64,000 nt of DNA from an uncultured virus (IMG/VR IMGVR_UViG_3300009551_000011). Taxonomy: Duplodnaviria; Heunggongvirae; Uroviricota; Caudoviricetes. The notes below the pieces were generated by a model. That model searched no databases, was not told where the DNA came from, and was given only the letters and a program-made list of their open reading frames with translations. Where the stretch lies: the IMG/VR virus record IMGVR_UViG_3300009551_000011. One strand, written 5' to 3'. Positions 1-9,169 of this stretch are shown in pieces (position 1 is the first letter of the stretch; every line of letters begins with the position of its first letter). The position numbers and the translations under genes are program-made.

Positions 1-270
1 CCGCGAAGGTTCAACCTTCGAAACTGCTACAGGTAAGAGTACGAGAATTCCTCCGCAGGCTTCCATGCCCTTCCGTGTCTACGGTGTTGTTATAAGGCCG
101 ATTGAATGAACCGACAACTCACAGAAGAGCGGGCGCAATGTACGCTGCCATCAGACAGTAGGAAGTACTTTGAGGAGGTCTATCACTCGAAGAAGCGTCA
201 ATATGCCGCGAAAGAGGCCGAGTTAAAAGGGCTTGCACAGGAAATTGCTGCATACAGAAAACTTGCAGGG

Positions 271-299
271 TTGACAGACAAACATTAAAACCATATACT
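271..299 (+). promoter_or_regulatory. sigma70-type promoter for the head/tail operon (P1)
   Basis: TTGACA (271-276), 17-nt spacer, TATACT (294-299). Confidence 0.8.
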
Positions 300-346
300 A
301 ACCGTGACGCAATCTTAACCTAATATCGGGGAAGTAGACTTTTTAC

Positions 347-404
347 AGCCCGCCTTTGTTCTCGCAGCCATCACCGGCAGCGAGAACGAGGGCGGGCTTT
401 TCTG
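347..404 (+). terminator. intrinsic terminator/attenuator in the P1 leader
   Basis: long GC stem AGCCCGCC...GGCGGGCT followed by TTTTCT, between the promoter and the protease start. Confidence 0.7.
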
Positions 405-427
405 CGTTTGGGCTCAATGAGGCAACG

Positions 428-1636
428 ATGGCCGACTCTCTAATACTCTTCGGCGGGGCTGTTAAAGCTCTGGGCAATGGCAAAGTTGGCGGTCACCTTG
501 TACTGTTCTCAACTTCGAAGGACCCGGACATTTCGGTGTATCGGGACTTCTTTACGGCGAAGACAGACTACGACCTCGAGGAGCATACATCCACCCCCAT
601 CTACTACCAGCACGGTCAAGACGACACGTTGAAATACCGCAAGCTCGGACGTGGCGAGATGAAGATGGACGACGTAGGCATCTGGCTGGAGGCTCAACTT
701 GAACTCCGAGATGACTACGAAAAAGAGATTTACAAGCTGGCTGAGGCTGGCAAGTTGGGTTGGTCAAGCGGCACTGCTCCTCACCTGGTGGAGCGCAAGA
801 AAGTCGGAGAGGCGCACGAAGTCACCCGCTGGCCATTGGGCCTTGATGCAAGCCTGACGCCTAATCCTGCCGAACCGCGAACAACTGCCGTCGCAATCAA
901 GAGCCTTGCGGAGTTCAAGTCTGAGATCGTGGAAACCAAAGGCGATCTGCTTGGCGGCGACTACCTTGATGCTCAGATAACAATCGGCGCCCTATCCTCC
1001 CTCTATGACGCGCTCATGAACCGCGTTTACGGTGCGCTCTATGGCTGGGATTACACGGATGACGGAGAGACTGCACCGCTTGGCGATCGACTAAATTCAG
1101 TTACGGACTATTTCAACGAATACCGAGACGATGCAATCCGAATTGTTGACGCTTTAATGCGTGAGCCTTCTACCGATACCTCATCGACGAAGCGACTCCG
1201 CGACATGTTGTTCTATTCGCCTGCCGCTAAAAAGCAGGCCAAACCTGGCGATGCTCGAGCGTTTGAGCGACTCCTGAGAGATTCAGGATTCTCCCGAACC
1301 GAGGCTGTCGCCCTCACCAACCACGGCTTTAAGGCGTTCCTGCGAGATGCTGCGGACGACGATGCCGGAACTACGCCGGGCACACCTGACAACTCAGAGT
1401 CCACGAAGACCGATGCGAGCGAGACGCCTGCGGAGGACGCTATCGAGACTCCTGAGACAGAGAGTGACCTGGCTCCGACAACCGTCACCGCAGCTGATGC
1501 AGAAACGCCCGAAGAAGACCCGATTGCCGAAGAGGTACGGATCCGAAGAGAGCGTCTGACATTGGCTATGACCAGGCGAGCTTTGAGCCTAGACGCACAG
1601 ATAGGTGCGAACCTGGCTCGCTCTGCCGGAGCCTAA
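428..1636 (+). CDS. HK97-type prohead protease with C-terminal acidic (scaffold-like) extension
   Basis: YYQHG, GWSSG and DASLTPNPAEPR motifs; FERLLRDSGFSRTEA motif; sits directly before the capsid gene; ATG at 428 preferred. Confidence 0.8.
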   Translation: MADSLILFGGAVKALGNGKVGGHLVLFSTSKDPDISVYRDFFTAKTDYDLEEHTSTPIYYQHGQDDTLKYRKLGRGEMKMDDVGIWLEAQLELRDDYEKEIYKLAEAGKLGWSSGTAPHLVERKKVGEAHEVTRWPLGLDASLTPNPAEPRTTAVAIKSLAEFKSEIVETKGDLLGGDYLDAQITIGALSSLYDALMNRVYGALYGWDYTDDGETAPLGDRLNSVTDYFNEYRDDAIRIVDALMREPSTDTSSTKRLRDMLFYSPAAKKQAKPGDARAFERLLRDSGFSRTEAVALTNHGFKAFLRDAADDDAGTTPGTPDNSESTKTDASETPAEDAIETPETESDLAPTTVTAADAETPEEDPIAEEVRIRRERLTLAMTRRALSLDAQIGANLARSAGA

Positions 1637-1637
1637 A

Positions 1638-2924
1638 ATGAAGACTGCTCTGGAAGTAGGCCGCGAACTACAGGCAAAGCGCCAGCAGCTTGCCGAGATT
1701 CAGGCCAAGTATGACACCGGGCGCGTTCACGCCACCCTCGGCGTGCCGGTTTACGATTACCCCGATGGCGTTGAGAGAGACATTGACTCTCGTCTAACCG
1801 AGTTGTCAAATCTCAACGATGACTATGTTGCGCTCAGTCGAGCTGAGGTCGCCGCCAAGAACATGGCGGCAATCGCGGACATGAACACCCTTGAGCGCAA
1901 GTATATTGACACAGGCGCCCCTGCTGGTTATGGCGTTCGTGGGCTTGACCCTCACAACGGCATGAAGACCCTCGGTCAGCGTGTAGTCGAAAGCCGTCAA
2001 TTTAAGATGCGTCACGACAATCGCGGGCACTTCGTGTACGACGCCGAAGATCTGACGTTAGATCGGCAAATTGCCCTAAAGACACTAATGGTGTCAAGCG
2101 GCCTTGGCCCTGGCTTCATTCCTGCTAACCCTCGCACCGACCTGGTAATTCCATTCCCGAACCGCCCTCTGCGCGTAGTAGACCTCATTCCAATTGTGCC
2201 GACCACTCTCGGTACGGTCTATTGGATGCAGGAAGACCAGTTCACAAACAACGCGTCGATGACCGGTGAAGGCTACACCAAGCCCGAATCGACCGTGAAC
2301 TACTCGCAGCAGTCTCAGCCGGTCCGCAAGATCGCGCACATCATGTCACTCACTCAGGAGATCGTGGACGATAATCCCGGTTTCATCTCCCTGATTGACA
2401 ACGACATGACGCTCATGCTCGGCTTGAAGGAAGAGCAGCAGATACTTTCGGGTACTGGCGTTGGCCAAGAGCTTACCGGCATCCTGAACGCTTCAAACCT
2501 TCAGTCGCAGGCGTTCTCTACCAACAACGCGGACACGATCCTGAAGTGTATGACGAAGGTCGGGTGGACGGGCTACGGCAACGTTACGGCCGTAATCATG
2601 CACCCTTCCAACTGGGAAACGACCCGACTTATCAAGGGTGCGACCAACCAGGATTACGTCCTTGGTTCGCCGTTGATTGATGTGGCTCCGCGCCTGTGGG
2701 GCGTTCCGGTTGTCGTGACAAACGCCATTTCTCAGGGCACGGCGCTTGTCGGTGACTTCTCGATGTTCGTTGAGATCCGCCGGCGCCAGGGCATGACGGT
2801 AGACGTTTCGGATTCGCACAGCACGTACTTCGCTGAGAACAAGCTGGCGGTTCGCGCCGAAATGCGCGAGGCGTTGCTCATCAAGCGAGGTTCGGCCTTC
2901 TGCCAGGCAACGTCGCTCACCTAA
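1638..2924 (+). CDS. major capsid protein, HK97 fold
   Basis: EGYTKPES, VRKIAH, LSGTGVG, VIMHPSNW, LWGVPVV, GDF and F.ENK.AVRAE.R motifs. Confidence 0.93.
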   Translation: MKTALEVGRELQAKRQQLAEIQAKYDTGRVHATLGVPVYDYPDGVERDIDSRLTELSNLNDDYVALSRAEVAAKNMAAIADMNTLERKYIDTGAPAGYGVRGLDPHNGMKTLGQRVVESRQFKMRHDNRGHFVYDAEDLTLDRQIALKTLMVSSGLGPGFIPANPRTDLVIPFPNRPLRVVDLIPIVPTTLGTVYWMQEDQFTNNASMTGEGYTKPESTVNYSQQSQPVRKIAHIMSLTQEIVDDNPGFISLIDNDMTLMLGLKEEQQILSGTGVGQELTGILNASNLQSQAFSTNNADTILKCMTKVGWTGYGNVTAVIMHPSNWETTRLIKGATNQDYVLGSPLIDVAPRLWGVPVVVTNAISQGTALVGDFSMFVEIRRRQGMTVDVSDSHSTYFAENKLAVRAEMREALLIKRGSAFCQATSLT

Positions 2925-2983
2925 TAGTGGTTGATGGGCGGTCTTAACCGACCGCCCTATGCCGATAAAGGAGGCGATTTAAG

Positions 2984-3682
2984 ATGCCATGGCCAGACGC
3001 AGACGAGTTTGCGAACTTCCTCGTCGGCTGTGGACTGCGCGATAATCCACCAACTGCGATTCAGCAGGGAATGGATTTGGACGATGCTCTCAATTCTGCG
3101 GTGGAGAAGTGGAACGGACTGACGCACTATTGGCCTTTCCTTTCAACAGGTGTAGACGAGACTCGGCAGTTTGACCCGCCGACAGGGAGGGTTTTAGATT
3201 TACGTGGAGGCTTGGTGTCTTTCACCAGCCTGTACACCGACCAGGTGTTTCAATCCACGGACTCTTTGGCAACCGGCAATCAGCGAGAGAACCTTCGGGA
3301 TTTCAGGCTGATGCCAAATGACGCACCGCAGGAAAACAAGCCTTGGACATATATCGTCACCGGCTGGCCGAGTTCCATTGATTACGGCTTTCCGGGAGCC
3401 TACGGGGTTTCACCGGTTGCCGGGAGTATCGGGATCACTGGCAAGTGGGGCTACTGCCTTGATGCCAATCTGCCGAGATCCGCACGACGCGGGGTGATGG
3501 CCTTAGCCGCACAAGAGCTAATGCCTCAAATCATCCTGGAGAAGACGAGAGGCGGCCTAAAGCGGTTAAGCCAGGGGGATAGTACCAAAGAGTGGGACTT
3601 CAACGCTGCAAACGACCTGCTTGACGGCATGGTCAAAAAGGCGCTGAAAGACGGCGGTTTTGTAAGGAAGCGCATCGCATGA
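2984..3682 (+). CDS. head-tail connector/adaptor
   Basis: follows the capsid gene; ITGKWGY motif typical of gp6/gp15-like adaptors. Confidence 0.65.
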   Translation: MPWPDADEFANFLVGCGLRDNPPTAIQQGMDLDDALNSAVEKWNGLTHYWPFLSTGVDETRQFDPPTGRVLDLRGGLVSFTSLYTDQVFQSTDSLATGNQRENLRDFRLMPNDAPQENKPWTYIVTGWPSSIDYGFPGAYGVSPVAGSIGITGKWGYCLDANLPRSARRGVMALAAQELMPQIILEKTRGGLKRLSQGDSTKEWDFNAANDLLDGMVKKALKDGGFVRKRIA

Positions 3683-4047
3683 GCCTGATACCGTTCATAT
3701 GCTCAGTGGAGCGCGATACAGTCACACTGGACGATTATGGCGGCGAGACTGCGGTCTCAGCAACTATCTATTCCGGGCTCAGTGCCACCTTCAACTATCT
3801 GAAGCAGACGTCAATGAGGACGTCACGCCATGAATCGTTTGGAGGTGGCACCCGGAGCCCGGGCGTTCAGACGAAAAACGCCGGCGTCGTGTTCTTTGAC
3901 CCGTGGCCTAATGGTTTAGAGATTTTGGAGGACGACCGAATAGTTGCAAGCGGCAATCCTACGGATGTACCGGGAGTGTTGAACGTAATCGGGGTTCGCG
4001 GTTATGAGAATGAGCTGCAGTTAGATGTTGAGGTGGTGAAGACGTGA
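3679..4047 (+). CDS. putative head-closure protein
   Basis: synteny; DDYGGE motif; ATGA overlap with the previous gene. Confidence 0.55.
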   Translation: MSLIPFICSVERDTVTLDDYGGETAVSATIYSGLSATFNYLKQTSMRTSRHESFGGGTRSPGVQTKNAGVVFFDPWPNGLEILEDDRIVASGNPTDVPGVLNVIGVRGYENELQLDVEVVKT

Positions 4048-4472
4048 GCCTTGAAGGCCTGGGCGACGTTCAGCGCAACCTCGCGGAAGCGATTGCCCGA
4101 ATGCACCATCAGGCGGCGCAGGCGGCTGATGAAAGCGCGCTGCTTCTGGAAGCGGCCAGCAAACAAACAACGGTTTTCCGGGATGTAACAGGGCTATTAA
4201 GAGGAAGCATCCGAGGCGGCAGTGCCGTTACGGAAGATGTAGTCAGGATAGTGCTTTCCGCAAACAAGACGTATGCGCTGTTTGTCGAGCAGGGTCATTT
4301 TGCCAAGCGAAACACAACGCGCTATTCAGTCCGCAAAGGACGAGCAACTTCGATGCGGGTTAGCGATAGGGCTTATGGCACAGCCGTCCAGTCCAGGTCC
4401 TACATTTGGGCCACCGTCATAAACCAACAGGGCAATGTCATGAAGATATTTCGCAATAGGCTCGCTCTGTGA
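4044..4472 (+). CDS. HK97 gp10-like neck/tail-completion protein
   Basis: TGLLRGSI and YALFVEQGH motifs. Confidence 0.75.
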   Translation: MSLEGLGDVQRNLAEAIARMHHQAAQAADESALLLEAASKQTTVFRDVTGLLRGSIRGGSAVTEDVVRIVLSANKTYALFVEQGHFAKRNTTRYSVRKGRATSMRVSDRAYGTAVQSRSYIWATVINQQGNVMKIFRNRLAL

Positions 4473-4936
4473 GTGCCGCACTTGAGAAGGCGATTATAGC
4501 CAGGGTTCGAGGAACAGAGACGCTCACCGGCGACATGCTCCTCGCGCAACAGTACTTGGTTGAGTTGCTGGGTGCCGACCCGCCGACGATCGTGAAGAAC
4601 AGCTTGAAGAGTAAGGCGACATTGCCCTGTATAACCTTCGGCTTTGACCCAGGCCCGGAAGCAATGGGCGGAGTCGACGTTGGCGAGGTCCGCTGGGTGA
4701 TTGGACGCTTTTACATATGGACGAAGGCCAGGGGCGGAAGCTTCTTCTCAGAAGTAGCGGACGCCCTGGAGCATCTTTTCAATGGACGTCGAGGCGCATC
4801 TAACCTTACGCTTGAAGGTGATGACCGGACTTACTGGAGCGATCTGTTTGTGGATTTACAGGAGCCGGATCACGAGGACAGCACTAACGACTTTTACGCG
4901 ACACTTTCATTCAAGTTTGTAGAAGCTCGCCCATAA
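4469..4936 (+). CDS. putative tail terminator
   Basis: synteny; LPCITF motif; size. Confidence 0.55.
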   Translation: MSAALEKAIIARVRGTETLTGDMLLAQQYLVELLGADPPTIVKNSLKSKATLPCITFGFDPGPEAMGGVDVGEVRWVIGRFYIWTKARGGSFFSEVADALEHLFNGRRGASNLTLEGDDRTYWSDLFVDLQEPDHEDSTNDFYATLSFKFVEARP

Positions 4937-4960
4937 GCGCGCTCGGTAACGGAGAAACCA

Positions 4961-5521
4961 ATGCCACCACCAACCTATTCAGCCAACGGCGCAGCTATCG
5001 CAAACCTCGATCAGCTCGTTTTCAATAAGGGCTATGCCTACGGGTCCATCCAGAACAACACCAACGATGCGATCCCGTTCGGTGCGCTTCAGAACATAGG
5101 ACTGAATCACAATTTCGGGTTCTCTGAACTAATTGGCCCTGAATCTCTTTCGCCTGTCGGCGTCGGCGTTAAATCCGAAGAGCTAACCGGCACATGGGAC
5201 TACGGTGTCATCGACACCGAGCAATTCATCATGTTCATGGGTGGCACACAGGCCTACAACGCCGGCGCGAACAAAACCACGTTCACGAAGCTCGTTGACC
5301 AGGAGCCGCAGCCCTTCGACTTCCACCTGAAGAGCGCGCTTGCTTCTCCGGACCTTGAAATATTCCTTTACCGGTGCCTGTCGCCATCGTTCAGCCTGAA
5401 GGCTGGCAACCGTGAGTTCGTAACTGGCTCTGGGAACTTCCGCTGTTATGGACAGGACGCAGCGGCCGGCGGACTGCTCTTCCAGGTAGTTAAACCGGGT
5501 AACCGGGCCAACACTTCTTAA
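4961..5521 (+). CDS. major tail (tube) protein
   Basis: synteny, size, beta-rich composition, strong GGAG RBS. Confidence 0.65.
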   Translation: MPPPTYSANGAAIANLDQLVFNKGYAYGSIQNNTNDAIPFGALQNIGLNHNFGFSELIGPESLSPVGVGVKSEELTGTWDYGVIDTEQFIMFMGGTQAYNAGANKTTFTKLVDQEPQPFDFHLKSALASPDLEIFLYRCLSPSFSLKAGNREFVTGSGNFRCYGQDAAAGGLLFQVVKPGNRANTS

Positions 5522-5628
5522 ACAGAACGCACGGGGCCGAGAGAACGCTAACCGCCTCCAACTCTCGGCCCTGATGCGCTTTACATTGGAGGCGGAATAT
5601 TCGCTGTTGGGAGGCGGCGACAGTCCCC

Positions 5629-7719
5629 ATGAATCAACTTCGTCTGATAGGTCCATTCACACCGAACACTGGCTACGCGAAAATGACGCGGGCTGTTCTC
5701 CACTGCGCGGTACTCGCTGGCTACGAAGTCCAGGCTATCGAATCCGATCTCCGCAAGGTCTCCAAGCACTATATTGACGGGCGGGTGGTCGAAGAGTTCA
5801 AGCCGTACGAGCGCAATCTTCCTCTTCCTGAATTCCAGCAGAAGGAGTTGGATGAGGCGTTTGCCACGGTGGTAGACGCAGACGCGCCGACCCTCATGAT
5901 TCAACTGCCCGGCAACTTCTCCGATCCCCGATGGAGGGAGTTCGCGAACGGTCCAATGCTAGGTTGGACCATGACCGAATCGGATAACCTCTGCCCTTAT
6001 TGGCAATTCGGGATCCGTCACCTTGATATGGTCATTGCCCCGACATCCTACGTGCGCGACACCTTCCAGCGAGTACTTCCCGATGTGACCTCTACCCGCT
6101 TGCCAATCCCTGTTGATGAGCGTCTATGGTCACCGGATGAGTACCGCGAGCAGATATCCAATGAGCGCCCGCCCTTCCTGTTCTACTCCATGTTCACCAT
6201 GCAGGAGCGTAAGCAGTGGCGTGTGATGATGCAGGCGTTTGCCGAGGAGTTTTGCAAGGAAAGCGACAAAGTCGGGCTCGTCGTGAAACCCACCAACGGT
6301 GGGCCTGTCGCTGAGATGGCCGGGTGGTGCCGGGAAATGGGCGCATGGGTAGTTGTGGACCACGAGGAGCGCACCGACTGGACGCTCGGCGCCATGTACC
6401 GCGCGTGCGATGTTTACGTTCAAGTAGCAAGCGAGGGCCAAGGCCTCACCTACATCGAAGCCGGTCTTTGCGGTAAGCCATCAATCGCCCTCGACAAGAG
6501 CGGCTCGGTAGACGTTGTCAGCGACCTGAACGGATACCTTGTTCCGAGCCAAATGAAACCGCTTATCGGACACATGCCGATGTGGTATCCGCGGACTCAC
6601 AACTTCGCCCAGTGCGATATTGACGACCTGCGCCTAGTGATGCGCCAGGCTTACGAGCGCGAATCTTCGGGTAATCGGAAGGGCGGTGCGGCGTTGATGT
6701 CGGCGCGCGAGTTTACTTGTGAGGCGATTGCTCCTCAACTAAGAAGAACCATTGAGCGCGGGGCTGAGGCGCACGAACACCGGAAGATGTATCCTTCCGC
6801 GACAAAACCGAGTACGGCCGTGGTGGCCGGGGCGTGGGGCGATGTCTTTTGCGCATGTGGCAAGGTCGTCGAAATGCTCAATTCATACAGCATGGACGAG
6901 ATCGACATCATCTACTACGGACGTGATCCGAAGATCACAGATTGGCTCGGAAGGCAGACGTGGTGCCGCAAAGTCATTCCGATGATCGAATCTAGTGTCG
7001 ATGAAATGACGAAGCAGTACGCCATGGCTTGCCAGGTTCGAGCGTACCACTCTCGCGAATGGCTAAGCGACATGCTCGACAAATACGGTCACCATGTCGG
7101 ATTCGCTGGACCTACCGATGTGGCGCTCACTCAGCTTCGCCTTAACGAGTTTGAGCAGCCGAAGTTTTGGAAGAACCCGCGTCTATCGCCTGACGCTCGC
7201 CTATGGGCTCATGAAGTCGCAGCCGAGGTTGGCAGTCCGTTCTACGTCCTCAATCCCTTGTCCATAGCCTCTAACAAAATGCGCGATCATTGGCGATTCT
7301 GGAATGACGCCATCGTCTGGCTGCTGGATGATGCAAGGTGTGGCAATGCGGTCTTCGTGCTGGTTGGTGAGAAGCCGATTGATTGGCCCGACCACCCGCG
7401 ACTTCGGAACTATGCCGGCCAATCCAAAAGCATGGAAGACGTGCTGGCGCTGGCCGAAGAATCGCTCGGTGTCATCACAACATCGAACAACCTCGGAATC
7501 TATACGCCGCTGGCTGAGATTCCAGCGGTAGTGGTCTGTGCCAGGACTTGCGGACCCGAGACGTTTTATCATCGCTGGTACACCAACGATGATACGTACC
7601 TGGTCGAATGGTTGGACGCGATGAACCAATTTACAGATGCGTGTGAGGCGTTGTTTTCGAGGTGCGTGACATCTTCACATCATGGAAGAGAGACCGCAGA
7701 AATGGCGGTAGCAACATGA
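5629..7719 (+). CDS. two-domain glycosyltransferase (GT4-like N-terminus, GT9/heptosyltransferase-like C-terminus)
   Basis: TGYA N-terminal motif; EX7E motif EGQGLTYIE; second domain has GAWGDV and AG.SKSMEDVLAL...IPAVVV. Confidence 0.8.
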   Translation: MNQLRLIGPFTPNTGYAKMTRAVLHCAVLAGYEVQAIESDLRKVSKHYIDGRVVEEFKPYERNLPLPEFQQKELDEAFATVVDADAPTLMIQLPGNFSDPRWREFANGPMLGWTMTESDNLCPYWQFGIRHLDMVIAPTSYVRDTFQRVLPDVTSTRLPIPVDERLWSPDEYREQISNERPPFLFYSMFTMQERKQWRVMMQAFAEEFCKESDKVGLVVKPTNGGPVAEMAGWCREMGAWVVVDHEERTDWTLGAMYRACDVYVQVASEGQGLTYIEAGLCGKPSIALDKSGSVDVVSDLNGYLVPSQMKPLIGHMPMWYPRTHNFAQCDIDDLRLVMRQAYERESSGNRKGGAALMSAREFTCEAIAPQLRRTIERGAEAHEHRKMYPSATKPSTAVVAGAWGDVFCACGKVVEMLNSYSMDEIDIIYYGRDPKITDWLGRQTWCRKVIPMIESSVDEMTKQYAMACQVRAYHSREWLSDMLDKYGHHVGFAGPTDVALTQLRLNEFEQPKFWKNPRLSPDARLWAHEVAAEVGSPFYVLNPLSIASNKMRDHWRFWNDAIVWLLDDARCGNAVFVLVGEKPIDWPDHPRLRNYAGQSKSMEDVLALAEESLGVITTSNNLGIYTPLAEIPAVVVCARTCGPETFYHRWYTNDDTYLVEWLDAMNQFTDACEALFSRCVTSSHHGRETAEMAVAT

Positions 7720-8024
7720 TCGACCTCGGCAAAATGACTGTTTCGCTGGACACTTCGTTGCTGATTGCCGAGATACAATCCTTGTCCGGTTTTGTAGATG
7801 TATTAGCCTCCGAGATTCTTGCGCACTCGGAAAGCGAAGGCGGCAGTGATAAAATCCTGCCAATTCTCGAATGGACTATTAGCGGCGACAAACGAGTTCC
7901 ATCCCTCTCCAGTGAGTTCGCTGGAATCCTGGATGCTGCCTGCCGCAAGCATATCGTCAATCGTCTGGAATTTAGTGTTCGTTTGGATGAATTCGGGCGT
8001 CAGGAGATCGCGAACATCGGATGA
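7716..8024 (+). CDS. hypothetical protein (overlapped on the opposite strand)
   Basis: ATGA-coupled to the GT stop, but overlaps the minus-strand ORF 7803-8111. Confidence 0.35.
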   Translation: MIDLGKMTVSLDTSLLIAEIQSLSGFVDVLASEILAHSESEGGSDKILPILEWTISGDKRVPSLSSEFAGILDAACRKHIVNRLEFSVRLDEFGRQEIANIG

Positions 8025-8111
8025 CTCTTCGACTGTGTCTCGTATGTCCTGTACACGTCGCTTGAGGTTTCGCTGTACAGCATCCAGACCTTCGAGATTG
8101 TTATCGCTCAT
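7803..8111 (-). CDS. conserved-looking small acidic hypothetical protein
   Basis: LLTPEFIQTNTKF...FVAANSPFENWQDF pattern resembles a widespread prophage hypothetical family (recalled, not searched). Confidence 0.6.
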   Translation of the reverse strand: MSDNNLEGLDAVQRNLKRRVQDIRDTVEESSDVRDLLTPEFIQTNTKFQTIDDMLAAGSIQDSSELTGEGWNSFVAANSPFENWQDFITAAFAFRVRKNLGG

Positions 8112-8297
8112 AGCACGTTGACCTTTACACCGAAAAGGCCCGCCTCGCACCCCGGCACAGGGGCAAGACGAGCCTATCGGGTACGCGAGGTAACCCTCGC
8201 AACCGGTACAAGATTTCGAGACTTCACGGTGCCGCGTGATATCTCTGACAGATTGTTCTTTGAGTAGTGATTCGATTCCTTTGGGAGGTGGGCGGTT

Positions 8298-8759
8298 ATG
8301 GAAGACGTTTTAGAAGAGCCGATTGGCATCAAGGTTAACGAGGAGGCCGAGTCCGCCTTAGACAAACTGCTGGAACAGATGGCTCCCTGGCAAGATGCGA
8401 TCAAAGACGCGATGACCTTGGATCAGATGCTTACTGGATTGACGCCTATTACCGAGGTTTGGCCGGGGGCGTTCTACCAGAGCCCGAAGATTAAGCACAT
8501 CAAGACGGTCGGCGCGTTTATGACTGCCCTGCGGGAAAGCGAAACGGCTACTGTTCTTGATATCCAGGAGGGGCTGCTCTGCTTCCTTGTATGCGTGCCT
8601 GATGCAGATAGTGGCCAAATGCGGCGCGTCACGCCTGAGGAAATCGAGGAAAGGTTCCACCCCGACGAGTTACAGCCCATCATCGACAAACTGCTCGAGC
8701 GAGACGGGTTCAAAAGAGCGCCTGAGGGAAACGCAGCGGCCCCGACGATTGGGGCCTGA
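8298..8759 (+). CDS. tail assembly chaperone (gpG-like)
   Basis: acidic ORF upstream of the tape measure gene, with a slippery site near its 3' end. Confidence 0.75.
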   Translation: MEDVLEEPIGIKVNEEAESALDKLLEQMAPWQDAIKDAMTLDQMLTGLTPITEVWPGAFYQSPKIKHIKTVGAFMTALRESETATVLDIQEGLLCFLVCVPDADSGQMRRVTPEEIEERFHPDELQPIIDKLLERDGFKRAPEGNAAAPTIGA

Positions 8760-8911
8760 TCTACTGGCGGATGCGCGACCGGTTTCCAGGATTGACAATT
8801 GCAGAGTTTGGTGAGATGCATTGGTGCGCTGTGAATGCTGGAATCGACTACGCACTTGAACATCCGTTCCCGATTCGGATTATGACGGACCCGCCAAAGA
8901 AGAAGCGTTAA
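8726..8911 (+). CDS. -1 frameshift extension of the tail chaperone (gpGT-like)
   Basis: G GGA AAC at 8726-8732, then a GGCCCC/GGGGCC hairpin 5 nt later; -1 frame reads ...DDWGLIYWRMRDRFPGLTIAEF...KKKR* to 8911. Confidence 0.75.
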   Translation, partial: GKRSGPDDWGLIYWRMRDRFPGLTIAEFGEMHWCAVNAGIDYALEHPFPIRIMTDPPKKKR

Positions 8912-9138
8912 GGCGGCGTCTGCAACTTCTGGATCTCGCGCTGGGCATCACTGATTGACTGCGATACTTGGCTTGCTTGGTTTATGACATCAAAGAGGCA
9001 ATATCCAGAAATCAATACCGCCAAGGTTGCTAATGACTTTATAAACCACGGCACAGGCTTCCCGTCTTCTCGCGTGCCGACATAAGCCATTAAGACCAAT
9101 CCAAAAGCAAAAACCATTATCGCGATATCTGGGATCAA
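8908..9138 (-). CDS. small two-TM membrane protein (moron-like)
   Basis: two hydrophobic segments; GGAG RBS; opposite strand to the tail operon. Confidence 0.55.
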   Translation of the reverse strand: MIPDIAIMVFAFGLVLMAYVGTREDGKPVPWFIKSLATLAVLISGYCLFDVINQASQVSQSISDAQREIQKLQTPP

Positions 9139-9169
9139 CGCAATCTCCTTTTAACAAATAGATACTAGC

